From NCBI GenBank assembly GCA_963784455.1, contig CAWARN010000029.1, forward strand, positions 45,834 to 109,833: a DNA stretch of 64,000 nt, written 5' to 3'. Below are positions 1 to 12,037 of this stretch, piece after piece. The notes beneath the pieces are model-generated. The model saw only the letters and a program-made list of their open reading frames with translations, ran no database searches and had not been told where the DNA came from. Each line of letters opens with the position of its first letter. The first letter of the stretch is position 1. The position numbers and the translations under genes are program-made. This stretch comes from an uncultured Acidobacteriota bacterium (GTDB lineage: Bacteria > Acidobacteriota > Vicinamibacteria > Vicinamibacterales > Fen-181).

Positions 1-214
1 TCGGCGCTCGACGCCGACGAGGCCGCGCTGCTCGCCGGCGAGCATCATGAACCCGCGGATCTTGAACCCGGCCCGCCCCACGCCGGGGCTCATCAGGAGG
101 CAGAAGCTGATCCTCGGCCGCATGGGCGTGGTCACGCCGCCGCCCGACCCGTCCCCGCCGCCTCCGGTCGAGGAGCCCGCCCAGACCGAGCCGCCTGCGC
201 CGATCATCAGGTAG
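1..214 (+). CDS. mtgA: 3' end of monofunctional peptidoglycan transglycosylase (partial, one frameshift)
   Basis: Stitched frames read SALDADEAALLAG/IMNPRILNPARPTPGLIRRQKLILGRMG, resembling the MtgA C-terminus (EAALLAA..PNP...P....RR...IL.RM). Pro-rich tail; TAG at 212-214. Confidence 0.6.
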   Translation, partial: RRSTPTRPRCSPASIMNPRILNPARPTPGLIRRQKLILGRMGVVTPPPDPSPPPPVEEPAQTEPPAPIIR

Positions 215-234
215 CGCGGGTCTTTAGACCCGCG
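211..234 (+). repeat. GTAG-type REP palindrome
   Basis: GTAG-CGCGGGTCT-TT-AGACCCGCG, located between convergent genes. Confidence 0.75.
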
Positions 235-254
235 ATCGCGAATCGCGGCGCTGT

Positions 255-800
255 TCAGCGCCGCACCACGCGCCGCGCGGCGGCGTACCTCGCCTGCCAG
301 TACGCCACTCCGAGCGACTCCTCCCGCACGCTTCCGCGCGAGCTGGGGGCGTGCACGAACCGGTCGGCAGAGACCACGATGCCGACGTGAGAGACCGTGC
401 GGCCGTCGATGGCGAAGAAGACGAGATCGCCCGCGCGGAGGTCGCGGCGATCGACGCGGTCGCCCGCCGTCGCCTGTTCCTGGACCCCTCGCGGCAGCGC
501 CACGCCGAGCTGGCGGAACACGTACCGGGTGAAGCCGCTGCAGTCGAAGCCGCCTGGATCGGTGCCGCCGTTCCGGTAGGGCGTCCCGACGAACGACCGC
601 GCGAGCGCGACGACCGCGGCGCCGGACGCCGGCGGGGGAGCCGGCGGCGGCAACAGCCGGCCGTCCGCGCTTCACGCAGCCGGTCAGGACGACGACGGCA
701 GAAGAGGGACGAGCAGCGGGACGCGGAGCCGGCGCACACCACACGTATCGGCGCGACCGTCGACCGGCAACAGCGCGACGATGGTAAGCCATTGTCGCAT
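255..800 (-). CDS. NlpC/P60 (C40) peptidoglycan endopeptidase, probable lipoprotein (5' part frameshifted)
   Basis: GTPYRNGG...GFDCSGF and GDLVFF...HVGI...FVHA motifs. LTGC lipobox-like codons near 677-688. Candidate ATG at 800. Confidence 0.85.
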
Positions 801-865
801 CTAGCGGTTTACCATGCCTCCTCGGTTGACAGCCGGCGAGGCCCTCGGTCACAATACGTGGCGGT

Positions 866-1402
866 ATGCAGCACACGCTGCTCCTCAACGCTTCCTACGA
901 GCCACTGAAGGTCGTGCCTTGGCGAAAGGCCGTGACGCTTGTGGTGCCAGGGGAAGGTTGAGGTCATCTCGGTCTACGACCGGGAGATCCGCTCGGTCTC
1001 GATCAGCTTCAAGCTCCCCTCGGTCATCCGGCTGCTGCGCTACGTGCGCATGAAGCGCCGGTTCGACTACGTCCCGTTCTCCCGCGCGAACATCTACGCC
1101 CGCGACGAGTACCGCGTGCCAGGTACTGCGGCGACACGCTGCCGGCCACCGAGTTGACGTTCGACCACGTCGTGCCGGTCGCGCAGGGCGGCCGCAAGGA
1201 CTGGGAGAACATCGTCACCTGCTGCGTCACCTGCAACCGGCGCAAGGGCGGGCGGACGCCGGAGGAGGCCGGGATGCGGCTGGTGCACCCGGCGTCGCGG
1301 CCGCACTCCGCGCCGGCGATCCGGATCACGATCGGCCTGCGCAACGCGCCCGACAGCTGGCGCGATTACCTCTACTGGAACGTGGAGCTGGACGACACGT
1401 AG
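866..1402 (+). CDS. HNH endonuclease (McrA-like), two frameshifts
   Basis: Stitched: [14 protein letters not shown]...PSVIRL...[18 protein letters not shown]...[29 protein letters not shown]. Confidence 0.9.
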
Positions 1403-1548
1403 CAGCTGGCACGGCTCGACACGGCTGGCAGCCGTCGGCGGATCCGGACCTCCGCTAGCGTGATCCGCAACGCCACACGTGCCGTACCTGCCGCTGCAGC
1501 TCCTGCCAGCCCGCTAGCCTGCTGACGTGCCGCGCTCCCTCCGTACGC

Positions 1549-2532
1549 ATGTCGCCGCGGCGCGTCGTCCCGTCGACGGCCATCCCGGGCGGCCGGATCG
1601 TCATCGAGGCCGGCGACGAGCCGTTCGCCGCCGACCCTGCCGCGGAGCGTCCTCGTCGGATCGACGGAGGCGTGGCTGTCCTCCGCGTCCTCGCGACGCC
1701 TCGTCGCAATCGTTCCGTCCGGCACGGAGGCGGGCTGCGTGCCCATCCGCTTCGCCGGCGGGGAGCCGATCGCGCAGCTGGAGGTCGGCGTCGAGTGGGC
1801 GAACGGCCTGCACCAGGTGGACAGCCCGGCGTTCGACCGCGACGGCAACCTCTACGCGACCTTCAGCGGCACGCGCGGTCAGCAGGTGCCGGTCTCGGTG
1901 TTCCGCGTGCGTCCCGGAGGCACGCCCCGAGCCGGTCGCGTCCGGCATCGCGAACGCGACGTCGCTCGCGTTCGACACCTTCGGCGACCTGTGCGTCACC
2001 AGCCGGTTCGACGGGGCGGTCTACCGCATCGCGCGCGACGGGGCGGTCGAGAAGATCGCATCCGACCTCGGCGTCGCGTGCGGCCTGGCGTTCGCGCCCG
2101 ACGGGACGATGTTCGTCGGCGACCGAACGGGCACGCTGTTCAGGGTGAACGCCGCGGGCCGCGCCGTGCCCTTCGCCATCCTGCCGCCGAGCGTCGCGGC
2201 GTTTCACCTGGCGGTGGGTCCCGAGGAAGAGGTCTACGTGAGCGGGCCGACGCTTTCGTCCCGCGACCCGGTCTACCGCGTCGATCGCAGGGGCGAGGTC
2301 ACGCGTCTATCGCGGAGGGCTTCGGGCGGCCGCAGGGGCTCGCGGTGGACGCGGAGGGCACGCTCCACGTGGCCGACTCGCTGGCGGGCGCGAGCGGCAT
2401 CTTCCGCGTGGTGCCGGGACGGCCCCGCGAGCTCGTCGTCGCCGGCGACGGCGTCGTCGGCCTGGCGTTCCACCCGGCGCGCGGCGTGGCCGTGGCGTCG
2501 GGCGAGCCGTCTACGGATTCGACATGTGGTAG
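1549..2532 (+). CDS. IPT/TIG + SMP-30/gluconolactonase-like beta-propeller protein (frameshifted)
   Basis: Repeated propeller blades DSPAFDRDGNLY, SLAFDTFGDL, GLAFAPDGTMFVGD and GLAVDAEGTLHVAD across three frames. Confidence 0.7.
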
Positions 2533-2613
2533 AGTGCCGGCTTGCGCGCGGCGACACGTAATCGCGCGCGACCAGGTGCCTGCGCGACGGTGCGCCGGCG
2601 ATCGGAGGCCTCT

Positions 2614-4103
2614 CTGCAGCTCTTCCAACGCAAGCCCATCAAGGACCTGCTCGTCGACGACGAACGGCCCGACTCGCTGAAGCGGGTGCTCGGCGCGGGC
2701 GACCTGATCATGCTCGCCATCGGCGCCGTCATCGGCGCCGGCATCTTCGGCGCCATCGGCACGGCGGCCGCCGGGCAGATCGGCCCGAACGGCGAGATCA
2801 TCCGCGCCGGCGCCGGGCCGGCGCTCGTCTTCTCGTTCCTGCTGCTGGGCGGCGCCTGCGCGCTTGGCCGCGCTGTGCTACGCGGAACTGGCCGCGATGA
2901 TCCCGCAGGCCGGCAGCGCCTACGCCTACTCCTACGCGACGCTCGGCGAACTGGTGGCGTGGATCATCGGCTGGGACCTGATCCTCGAGTACGCCGTCGG
3001 CAACGTGGCCGTGGCCATCTCCTGGGGCGACTACTTCACGACGCTGCTCCGCGGCTTCGGCCTCGTGCTCCCGCCGTGGATGACGACCGGCTACCGCACG
3101 GCGCTGCTCAGCTCCGACCCGGCCGTCCACGGGCTGCTGCAGACGGCGCCGACGATCGCCGGCATCCCGATCCTCGTCAACGTCCCGGCGTTCGCCATCG
3201 TCATGGCGATCACCTGGCTGCTGCTGCGCGGGCGCGCGCGAGAGCACGACCGCCAACAACATCATGGTGGGCATCAAGCTGGCCGTGCTGGCGCTGTTCG
3301 TCGGCGTCGGCGCGTTGCACATCAAGTCCGCCAACTACCACCCGTTCGCGCCGAACGGCTTCACGGGGATCCACCAGGGCGCGGCGATCGTGTTCTTCGC
3401 CTACATCGGCTTCGACGCGATCTCGACGGCGGCCGAGGAGACGAAGAACCCGCAGCGCAACCTGCCGATCGGGATCCTGGGCGGCCTGGCCATCTGCACG
3501 CTGATCTACGTCGTCATCGGCGCCGTGCTGACCGGCATGGTGCCGTACCAGCAGCTGGCGCGTGGCCGACCCGCTGGCGCGGGCGCTCGAGCTGGCGGGG
3601 CTGACGACGGTCGGCTGGATCGTGGCGCTCGGCGCCGCGGTGTCGATGGCGGCGGTGCTGCTGGTCTTCCAGTACGGCCAGCCGCGCATCTTCTTCGCGA
3701 TGGCGCGCGACGGCCTGCTGCCGAAGTGGGCGGCCAAGGTGCACCCCGTGCACCGCACGCCCTACGTCACGACGCTGCTCACGGGCATCGTGGTGGCGCT
3801 GGCCGGCGCCGTGGGCGACGCCGCCGAGACGTACGACCTCACGAACATCGGCACGCTGTTCGCGTTCGTGCTGGTGTGCGTCGGCGTGCTCGTGCTGCGC
3901 TACACCGAGCCGGACCGGCCGCGGCCGTTCCGCGTGCCGTTCGTCTGGCCGGTGACGCTGCTCGGCGCGGCGGCGTGCCTGTTCATCATGTAGGGCCTGC
4001 CGACGTCGGCGTGGGAGCGGTTCGGCCTGTGGCTGGTGCTCGGGCCTGGCGCTGTACTTCTGCTACGGGTTCTGGCACAGCAAGTTGAGGACGGGGAAAG
4101 TAG
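2614..4103 (+). CDS. APC-family amino acid permease (several frameshifts, one in-frame TAG)
   Basis: LKRVLGAGDL..IGAVIGAGIF, CYAELAAMIPQAGSAYAYSY, FFAYIGFDAISTAAEETKNPQR, PRIFFAMARDGLLP, RPFRVP. GGAGG RBS before a CTG at 2614. Confidence 0.9.
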
Positions 4104-4170
4104 CTGTCAGCGGTCAGCTGGCAGCCGACAGGCCCTGAGCCTTGAGTCCCGAGCCAGCGAAGGAGTCCCC

Positions 4171-4704
4171 ATGACCTACTACGGTGCGAGCGAACTGGCG
4201 AGGAGCTTCCGGACGGTCCGCAAGAACACGCTGGCGGTCGCCGAGGACATCCCGGAGGACAAGTACGACTACCGGCCAACGCCGGACTGCCGGAGCGTGC
4301 GGGAGATTCTCGCGCACATCGCCGTGTCGTCGCAGCGCACCTACCAGGGACACGCGGTGCAGAAGGTCACCACGTTCGCCGGCATCGACTGGCCGACGTA
4401 CATCCGCGAGCGGCAGGAGCAGGAGCAGCAGATGGCCCGGTCGTCGAAGGCGCAGCTGATCGAGGTCCTGCGGGCCGACGGCGACGCGTGGGGCGCGTAT
4501 CTCGACACCGTGCCAGAGGAGGAACTGGCCGTCGTCATCCCGTTCTCCCCGCCGGCCGAGCCGCCGGCCAAGAGCCGGTTCGAGATGATCCTGAGCGCGA
4601 AGGAGCACGAGATGCACCATCGCGCCCAGTTGATGGTGTTCGAGCGGATGCTCGGCCTCGTGCCGCACCTGACGCGCCAGCGCCAGGCGCGGATGCCGCG
4701 ATGA
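4171..4704 (+). CDS. DinB family protein
   Basis: DYRPTPDCRSVREILAHI and HEMHHRAQL metal-binding His pattern. AGGAG RBS. Confidence 0.85.
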   Translation: MTYYGASELARSFRTVRKNTLAVAEDIPEDKYDYRPTPDCRSVREILAHIAVSSQRTYQGHAVQKVTTFAGIDWPTYIRERQEQEQQMARSSKAQLIEVLRADGDAWGAYLDTVPEEELAVVIPFSPPAEPPAKSRFEMILSAKEHEMHHRAQLMVFERMLGLVPHLTRQRQARMPR

Positions 4705-5975
4705 TGAACAGGCCCGCCCGCGCCCGCGGGCGCCGTTCCCAACCGCGGCTGGCAGGTGACGTTCGTCGGCATGGGCATCAACCTGGCCCTGGGCGTACTC
4801 TACTCCTGGAGCGTCATCAGCAAGGCGATTCCGGCAGACTGGGGCTGGAGCGAGGCGAGCCGAGCCCTGCCGTACTCGGTGGCCTGCCTCATGTTCTCGC
4901 TGACGATGGTGCCGGCCGGACGGCTCCAGGACCGGGTCGGCCCGCGCGTCGTCGCCACGGTCGGCGGCGTGCTGCGTGGGCGCGGGCCTGATCCTCGCCA
5001 GCCTGACCTCGTCGGTCTCCGCCTACATCGTCGGGTTCGGAATGCTGGCCGGCGCCGGCTTCGGCGCGGGCTACGCGGCCACGACGCCGGCGGCGGTCAA
5101 GTGGTTCCCGGCGCGCGCGCACGGGCCTGGTGACGGGTCTCGTCGTCGCCGGGTTCGGCCTGTCGGGCGTCTACGTCGCCCCGCTCGCCAACGCGCTCAT
5201 CCTGGCGCGTGGCGTGCCGGCGACGATGCTGATCTTCGGCATCGGGTTCCTGATATCGTGGTCGTCATCTGGCCCAGTGGCTGCGGGTGCCGCCGGCCGG
5301 ATTCGTGCCCGCGGGGCCGGCGCCGAAGACGGCGGCCGCCGCGTCGTTCAAGACCGACTTCACGCCGGGCGAGGTGCTGCGGACGTGGCAGTTCTACGTC
5401 CTGTGGTTCATGCTCGCGTGCGGCGCAGGCGCGGGCCTGATGGTCATCTCCAAGCTGGTGAAGATGGTGGAGGTGCAGACCGGCCTCACGCTCGGCTTCC
5501 TGCTGGTGGCGATTCTCGCCCTCGGCAACGGCGGCGGCCGGGTCGCGGGCGGGATGCTGTCGGACCGGTTCGGGCGGAAGCCGGCGCTGCTGGCGGCGTA
5601 CCTGTCGCAGGCGGTCGGCGATCCTCCTGCTGGCGGCGGCCCGGCCCGACAACGTGCTGGGCAGCGGGCGTCGTGATGGCGGCGCTGTCGGCGCTCATCG
5701 GCGCCAACTACGGCGCGAACCTGTCGCTGCTCCCGTCGGTCACCAAGGACTACTACGGCCTCAAGAACTTCGGCGCGAACTACGGCCTCGTGTTCACGGC
5801 GTGGGGACTGGGCGGCTTTACCCTGTCACTGGTCGCCGGCGAGGTCTTCGACCTCACGCATTCGTTCGCGTTCGCGTACTACGGGTCGGCGGTGACGCTG
5901 GTGATGGCGGCGGGCGCCACGCTTCTGCTGAAGCCGCCCGCGCGGACGAAGCGGAGCCGCTCCGCGCCAGCCTAG
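4704..5975 (+). CDS. OFA-family (oxalate/formate antiporter-like) MFS transporter (frameshifted)
   Basis: GINLALGVLYSWS, GRLQDRVGPR, AAVKWFP, GMLSDRFGRK, DYYGLKNFGANYG. Confidence 0.88.
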
Positions 5976-6487
5976 TCCGAGTCCTGGCGCCACAGGAGTT
6001 CGGCGATCGGCTTCCTGGGCCGTTCCTGCGGCGGCGTATCGGCCGGATACCCGAGCGGCGTGAACGCCAGTGGCTCGATCCCCGCCGGCAGGTCGAACAA
6101 CTGGCGGGCGACGTCCGGGTCGAACGCCGCAATCCAGCAGGTGCCGAGGCCGAGCGATGTGGCCGCCAGGATCATGTGGTCCATGGCGATCGTCGCGTCC
6201 ACGTCGGCGTAGTTCTTCCCGTCGCGGCGCACCCAGCCCTCTCCGGGCACCGAGCAGATGCCGATGAGCAGCGGTGCCTGGCAGATCCAGTCTCGGTGAT
6301 AGAGCCGCCCGAGGTCCGTCTCCTTGCAGCGCGTGTGGCGGACGATCAACCGGAAGGGCTGCAGGTTCGCGGCCGTCGGCGCGAGCTGCGCGGCCCTGAG
6401 CACGAGCCGGAGCTTCTCGTCCTCGACAGGCTGGCTGGAGTAGGCACGGACGCTGTGGCGCGATTCGATGAGTTCGAAGAAGTCCAC
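5972..6487 (-). CDS. Nitroreductase family protein
   Basis: IESRHSVRAY, APTAANLQP, LAATSLGLGTCWI, PLGYP. GTG start with GGAGG RBS. Confidence 0.9.
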   Translation of the reverse strand: MDFFELIESRHSVRAYSSQPVEDEKLRLVLRAAQLAPTAANLQPFRLIVRHTRCKETDLGRLYHRDWICQAPLLIGICSVPGEGWVRRDGKNYADVDATIAMDHMILAATSLGLGTCWIAAFDPDVARQLFDLPAGIEPLAFTPLGYPADTPPQERPRKPIAELLWRQDSD

Positions 6488-6583
6488 GGAGGCCTCCACG
6501 GGGGTCACGGTCGCTCGAGAGACGCTACATGCTTGGCGAGAGGCCGTCAAGCGCCGCACGCACCTGCGCCACACGCACCTGTT

Positions 6584-6607
6584 GTGGCGCGGGGCTTCAG
6601 CCCCGCG
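6584..6607 (+). repeat. REP palindrome (GTGG variant)
   Basis: GTGG-CGCGGGGCT-TC-AGCCCCGCG, same family as 47745 and 48614. Confidence 0.7.
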
Positions 6608-6656
6608 ATGCAGCGTGGCGTCCGCGCGGTTGACGCGCCGCAAGCAAGGCGATAGC

Positions 6657-9622
6657 ATGACGAATCCGAAATACGTCAGGAAGGATGTGTGCGCTGTGGT
6701 CCTGAAGCGAAGTCTGTGGGCATTGTCGTGTCTTCTGCTCCTGCCGGCGCTGTCGTTCGCGCAGCAGACCGGCGCGGTGACGGGGAAGCTGGTCGGAACT
6801 GACGGCCTGGTTCTCCCAGGCGTGACCGTCGAGGCGCGGGCCGAGGCGCTCCCGGGGCCGCGCGTTACCGTGAGCGACGGACAGGGCGTCTACCGGCTCC
6901 AGGCGCTGCCGCCTGGTCTCTGCACGATCACCTACGAGCTGTCGGGCATGGGCAAGGTCACCAAGGAGGTCATGGTTCAGCTCGCCCAGGACACCATCGT
7001 GGACGTCACGATGAGCGTGGCGGGTGTGACGGAGACAGTCGTCGTGTCGGCCACGATCGTACCGGTCATCGACAAGGACTCGGCCGCGATCAAGAGCGGC
7101 GTGTCGTCGGAGACGATCAAGAGCCTGCCGGTCGGCCAGGAGTACCGCGACCTGATCAAGCTGATTCCAGGCGTGCAGTACACGCAGGACTCGGTTCGCG
7201 GACCGAGCGCGGGCGGCAGCGGCCAGGACAATGTCTACAAGTTCGACGGCGTGAACGTGACGCTCCCGATGTACGGCACGCTGTCGGCGGAGCCGGCCTC
7301 GTACGATATCGCGCAGGTCACCACCATCAAGGGCGGCGCCAAGGCGGTGGATTTCGAGCGCGCCGGCGGCTTCTCGGTGGACACCGTGAGCAAGTCCGGC
7401 ACCAACGCGCTCCATGGCCAGGTCAGCTACCAGCTGCAGAACGCCTCGATGGCGGCCGCGGTCGTCGGCAACAGCCTGTCGAAATACGACCAGACCCGCG
7501 ATTGGCTCACGATGAACGTTGGCGGGCCGGCGATCAAGAACAAGGTCTTCTTCTACGGGTCGTACTACCGGCCGACGGTGTCCCGGAGTAACGCTTCCAA
7601 CGCCTACGGCCCATTGCCGGAGTACAAGAGCGTTCGGAACGAGGGGTTCGTGAAGGGCACGATCACTCCGGTCAGCTCGCTGCTCGTCAACGTCACCTGG
7701 CGCCAGTCGCACCGGCTCGAGACCGGCTCGACGTTCGGCCAGACGGCGTCGGGAACCACCGGCTCCGGCAACGAAGCCTGGCAGAAGATCGGGACGGCGG
7801 ACGGCTCGTGGATCGTCAACTCGAAGAGCTTCGTCACGTTCAAGTACACGTACTTCGCCAACCCGACGACCGGGCGGCCCGACTACGCGGCCACCGCCAC
7901 TCCCAGCCAGACGCTCGGCACACCGCTCGACGTGGCGCACCTGGACTCGATCGGCCAGTTCGGCGTGCCCTCGCCGATCGCCGGCCAGGACACCTTCAAC
8001 GCGTTCATCTCGCCCCTGATCCAGAAGTACGGCTACATCTCGTCGACGACCGGCCAGATGACCGGCGGCGGCACGGTCGGCTACTACACGGAGTACAACC
8101 AGCAGGACTTCTACCGCAATGCCATTCAGGCCGCCTACAACGTCACGCTCGGCGGCACGGTGCGGCAGGACTTGCACGCTGGCGTGCAGTATTCCTCCGA
8201 AATGGAGGACCTGCTTCGGTATTCGAACGGCTGGGGGGGAATCATCGTTCCCGGCGGGCGTCTGACCGGCGCCAACCCCGCCGGACCGGCCGCGTACTAC
8301 CAGGCGACCTACCTGCAGCAGTCCACCGGGCTGACGCCGTCGCTGCATTCCGAGTACAAGTCGCTCAACATCGAGGCGAACGACACGATCAACTTGAAGA
8401 ACCTGGTGTTCAACGTCGGGTTCGTGTTCAGCAGCGACACGTTGTACGGCCAGGGCTTGCGCGAGGATTCGTCGAAGGTCTCCGGCTACGTCGCGGCGCC
8501 CGGCAGCAAGTACAAGATGTACACGATCCCGTTCAGCAAGACGCTGCAGCCGCGCGTTTCGACCACCTGGTCCTACAACGGAAAGGACACGGTGTACGCG
8601 AGCTACGCCCGCTACGTGCCGGCCGTCAGCTCGCTGCCTCGAGCCGCCTCGTGGGACAGGAACACCAGCAACCAGTTCATCGACGCGTACTTCGACCAGA
8701 ACGGCCTGCTGATCGGCTCGGTCCCGCGAGGGTCGTCGTCCGGCAAGTTGTTCGTGGAGGGCATGACGCCGCGCACCACCACCGAGTACCTGGTCGGCAC
8801 GTCGAAGCAGATCACCAAGTCGGTGTCGGGGCGGGCCTACTTCCGCTACCGGTATTCCGACCACTTCTGGGAGGACACGAACAACAACGCGCGGGTGATA
8901 TATGCGCCGCCGCCGGGGATTCCCCAGACGCTGTACATCCCCAATCTCAGTGACATGCTGACGCAGATCGGCAGCGGGTCCAGCTACGTCATCACCGAGC
9001 TTGACGGGGCGTACACCAAGTACTATGAGGCGACGCTCGAAGGAGAGTGGCGGACCTCGAAGTCGCTACCTGCGCGGGTCGTACACGTGGACCCAGTACA
9101 CGGGCAACTTCGACCAGGACGCCACGACGTCCGTCAACGACTCGGCGAGCTTCATGGGGTCGTCCTACATCGGTGACGGCGTCGGCCGCCAGTTGTGGAA
9201 CTTCAGGGACGGCACGCTGCACGGCGACCGGCCGCTGTCGCTCAAGCTGTACGGCTACTACATCCTGAACTGGAACGCGACGGTCGGGGCGTACGCCATC
9301 GTGCAGTCGGGACAGCCCTGGGAGAAGTGGGACTACGTGCCGTACCTCAATCTCTCGACCAGCACGACCGAAATGTCCAAGTACGGCGAGCCGGCCGGGT
9401 CGCGTCGGACGCCGACGCACTACCAGCTCGACTTGAACTACACGCAGAACTTCCGCTTCAAGGGCCGGTACTCGGTCCAGCGTCTCGGCCGACTTGTTCA
9501 ACGTGTTCAACAAGCAGACCGGGTACAACTACAACCCGTTTTCCCACAGCACGCAGTTCAATACGCCGCGCAACTACATGGATCCGCGGCGCCTGCAGAT
9601 CGCGGCGCGGTTCCAGTTCTAG
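6657..9622 (+). CDS. TonB-dependent receptor with N-terminal carboxypeptidase-regulatory-like domain (frameshifts near 9065 and 9485)
   Basis: Signal peptide, LPGVTVE..., plug region (LPVGQEYRDLIKLIPGV, DGVNVT), aromatic beta-strands, C-terminal RLQIAARFQF* ending in Phe. Confidence 0.9.
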
Positions 9623-9633
9623 AAGGGCCCGGA

Positions 9634-9756
9634 GGCTCAGGGCTCAAGGCTCAGGGCTTAGGGCTCAGGCACAGACCGCAATCACGGGGCCCGGTGGCTG
9701 ACGCTGCCGGGCTCTTCGCTTGTGCGGCGGCCCTCGGCTCTGGGCTCTCGGCTCTG
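9634..9756. repeat. Heptamer tandem arrays (GGCTCAG/GGCTCAA and GGCTCTG/GGCTCTC) flanking a hairpin between convergent genes
   Basis: ggctcag-ggctcaa-ggctcag-ggcttag-ggctcag at about 9634-9669 and ggctctg-ggctctc-ggctctg at about 9736-9756. Related arrays at about 4131, 39551, 48583, 49963 and 52748. Confidence 0.8.
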
Positions 9757-9763
9757 GCGCTGG

Positions 9764-11805
9764 CTACCGAAAGAGCCTTTCCCTCTCGATGAACTCCCGC
9801 GTCGTCGCGTCTGCGCGCTGGCGGGCGCGCTGGATGCGCCCGGCGCGGTCGGGTTCGTTCAGCAGCACCTGACCTGCGCGCGCTTGAAGAGCGCCATCGG
9901 GTACTCGGGGTGCGTAGGCTTGACGCGGTCGAGAGCGTCACGCGCGTCGGTGAACCGGCTCGCGTCGAGATAGAGCAGGCCCAGCTCGAAGTCGTTGCGC
10001 GAAGCGGCCCGGCGCGAGCGCCCGCGCGCGCTCGAACGCGTCGATCGCCGGGCCCGGTCTGCCCCAGCCCCATCTGAAGCTCCCGAGTTCGGCCAGTTCC
10101 ACCGGCGTCGGCGCGCGCAGCGCGTAGACTCTTCAGCCTGAGCGCCACCGCGTCCTCCATCCGCCCTTGCCTCTCGCGAAGCCGCGCGAGCGCCTCGACG
10201 AGCCGGGAGGCGGTCGGGCGAGTCGGCGAGGACCTTCTCGAGCAGCGGCACGGCCTGCTCCCACTGCGGCGTCCGCGCGTAGTGCAGGGCGAGGTAGATG
10301 CGGACATCGGGCGAGGTCGGCGAGATCTCGGCCGCACGCTTGAACATCTCGAGCGCCTTCGCGTCGTGGCCGAGCGACGAGTGCGCCGTTGCCAGCCGCA
10401 GCGCCGCATCGAGGTTGAACGGGTCGGCGGCGAGGATCTTCTCGAGCAGCGGGATGACCGCCGCGTACCGGCCGGCGACGAACAGGCCCGACGCCTTGTC
10501 GATGACGTCGAAGTGCCCACCATGTCGGCGGGCGCGGCGCGCCCTTCCTGCACCTCCGGCGCCGCGGTGGCGCTCACATAGCCCAGGCTCGCCAGCGCCT
10601 TCCGCGCGGCCTCGTCGAGGTTCTCCGGAGGGCGCGACGCGGCGGGGGAAGGCACGGGATAGTCGCGAAGTGCTGCGGGCACCGGCGGCGGCTGCGGTCG
10701 TCGGCCGCGAGGTCGCGCGTCTCGCCCGGGTCGGCGACGACGTCGTACATCTCGATGCGGCCGGCGAGAATCGACTTCTGCCGGCCCGAGACGGCCATCA
10801 CCTGCGGCTGCCAGCCGTACTCGAGGAACGGCTTCATCGCTTCGCCGACGACGACCTCGGTCGACCGGGCGCCGAAGGCTGAGCGGCTCGGCGTGCCTGC
10901 CCAGTCGAGCAGCGTGTGGAAGACGCGCCGGGTGCTGACCGGGGTATCGTTGACGCCAGGAGTCACTCCGGGCCCGATCACGACCAGCGGCACGCGCATG
11001 GTGGACTGATAGAGCAGATTGCCGTGGAGCGCCTCGCCGTGGTCGCCGAGACCCTCGCCGTGATCGCCGACGATGACGATGCCGGACGGACCGGTCACGG
11101 CCTGCTCGAACGCGGCGACCAGCCGGCCGAGCTGCGCGTCCATCGCGGCCACTTCGCCGAGATACGGTTTGCCCGGGAACCGGCTTCGAAAGGGCTCGCC
11201 GGTGCGTAGGGATAGTGCGGGTCGAAGTAGTGAACCCAGAGGAAGAGCGGCTGGGCGGCCTTCTGCGCAGGTACGCAATGGCGGCGTCAGTCGTGCCCTT
11301 CGACACCCGCTCGGCCGACCCTTCGGGGCAGCGCATCGTCGTAGGCATCGAACCCGCGCGCGAGGCCGAACTGTCGGGCCAGGATGAACGACGAGACGAA
11401 GGCCGCCGTGCGATAGCCCGCCTTGCGAAGTCGTTCCGCGGCGACCTCCGTGGCCGCAGGGATCGGCCGGGCGTTCTCGTGGACCGTGTGCGTCGCCGGA
11501 AACACGCCGGACAGCATCGTCACGTGCGAAGGCAGCGTCTCGGGGACGGTGGCGTACGCCTGGGTGAACCGCGCGCCGCGCGCGGCGAGGGCATTGAAGC
11601 CCGGCGTCTCGATGCCGACCGCGTCCGGACCAATCGCGTCCGCGCGTGTCGTGTCCAGCGTGACCAGGAGGATCGACGGCCGCGAGGCGGGCGTGACCGG
11701 CTTGCCTGGGGCCGCCTGCTCGCCGGATCGGCACGCGGAACTCAGCGCGACGATGCCCAGCACCAGCGCCGCAGGCACAAAGGCCGCAGTTCCTCTGATG
11801 GCCAT
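9764..11805 (-). CDS. Sulfatase-like hydrolase/transferase with C-terminal TPR repeats, probable lipoprotein (multiple frameshifts)
   Basis: SILLVTLDTTRAD, TLPSHVTMLSG, GDHGEGLGDHGE, LASLGYV linker, TPRs (AAEISPTSPDVRIYLALHY). LSSAC lipobox. Confidence 0.85.
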
Positions 11806-12037
11806 CGCGGCGATCAGCCCGGCAGTTCGTCGCAGGCCGCCGACAGCACGCGTTCAATCAGCGGGCCGTGGTCGGCGAAGCCCCGCAGCGGGTCGGTGAT
11901 CTTGACGACGAACTGCCGGCGATTGACGGGCATGGGCGTTCGGTTCCTTCTGATGCTGGCGGACAGGTATTGTATCATCCCGGTCACAGCGTGCCGCCGC
12001 GGAGCGCCCGCCGCGCGGCCGCACTGCGAGTCCGCCC

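Noticed and set aside
866-1402. HNH endonuclease as a defence or homing element
   Set aside because: It belongs to the widespread stand-alone [10 protein letters not shown]-type HNH family in a housekeeping context, with no methylase, intron or repeat association.
3991-3993. In-frame TAG in the amino acid permease as pyrrolysine or stop-codon recoding
   Set aside because: Isolated case in an error-rich region. Many genes here terminate normally at TAG and no pyl genes are seen. Likely a miscall or a point mutation.
9634-9756. Heptamer and REP repeats as a CRISPR array
   Set aside because: Units are 7 bp or about 24 bp palindromes without unique 30-40 bp spacers, and no cas genes are present.
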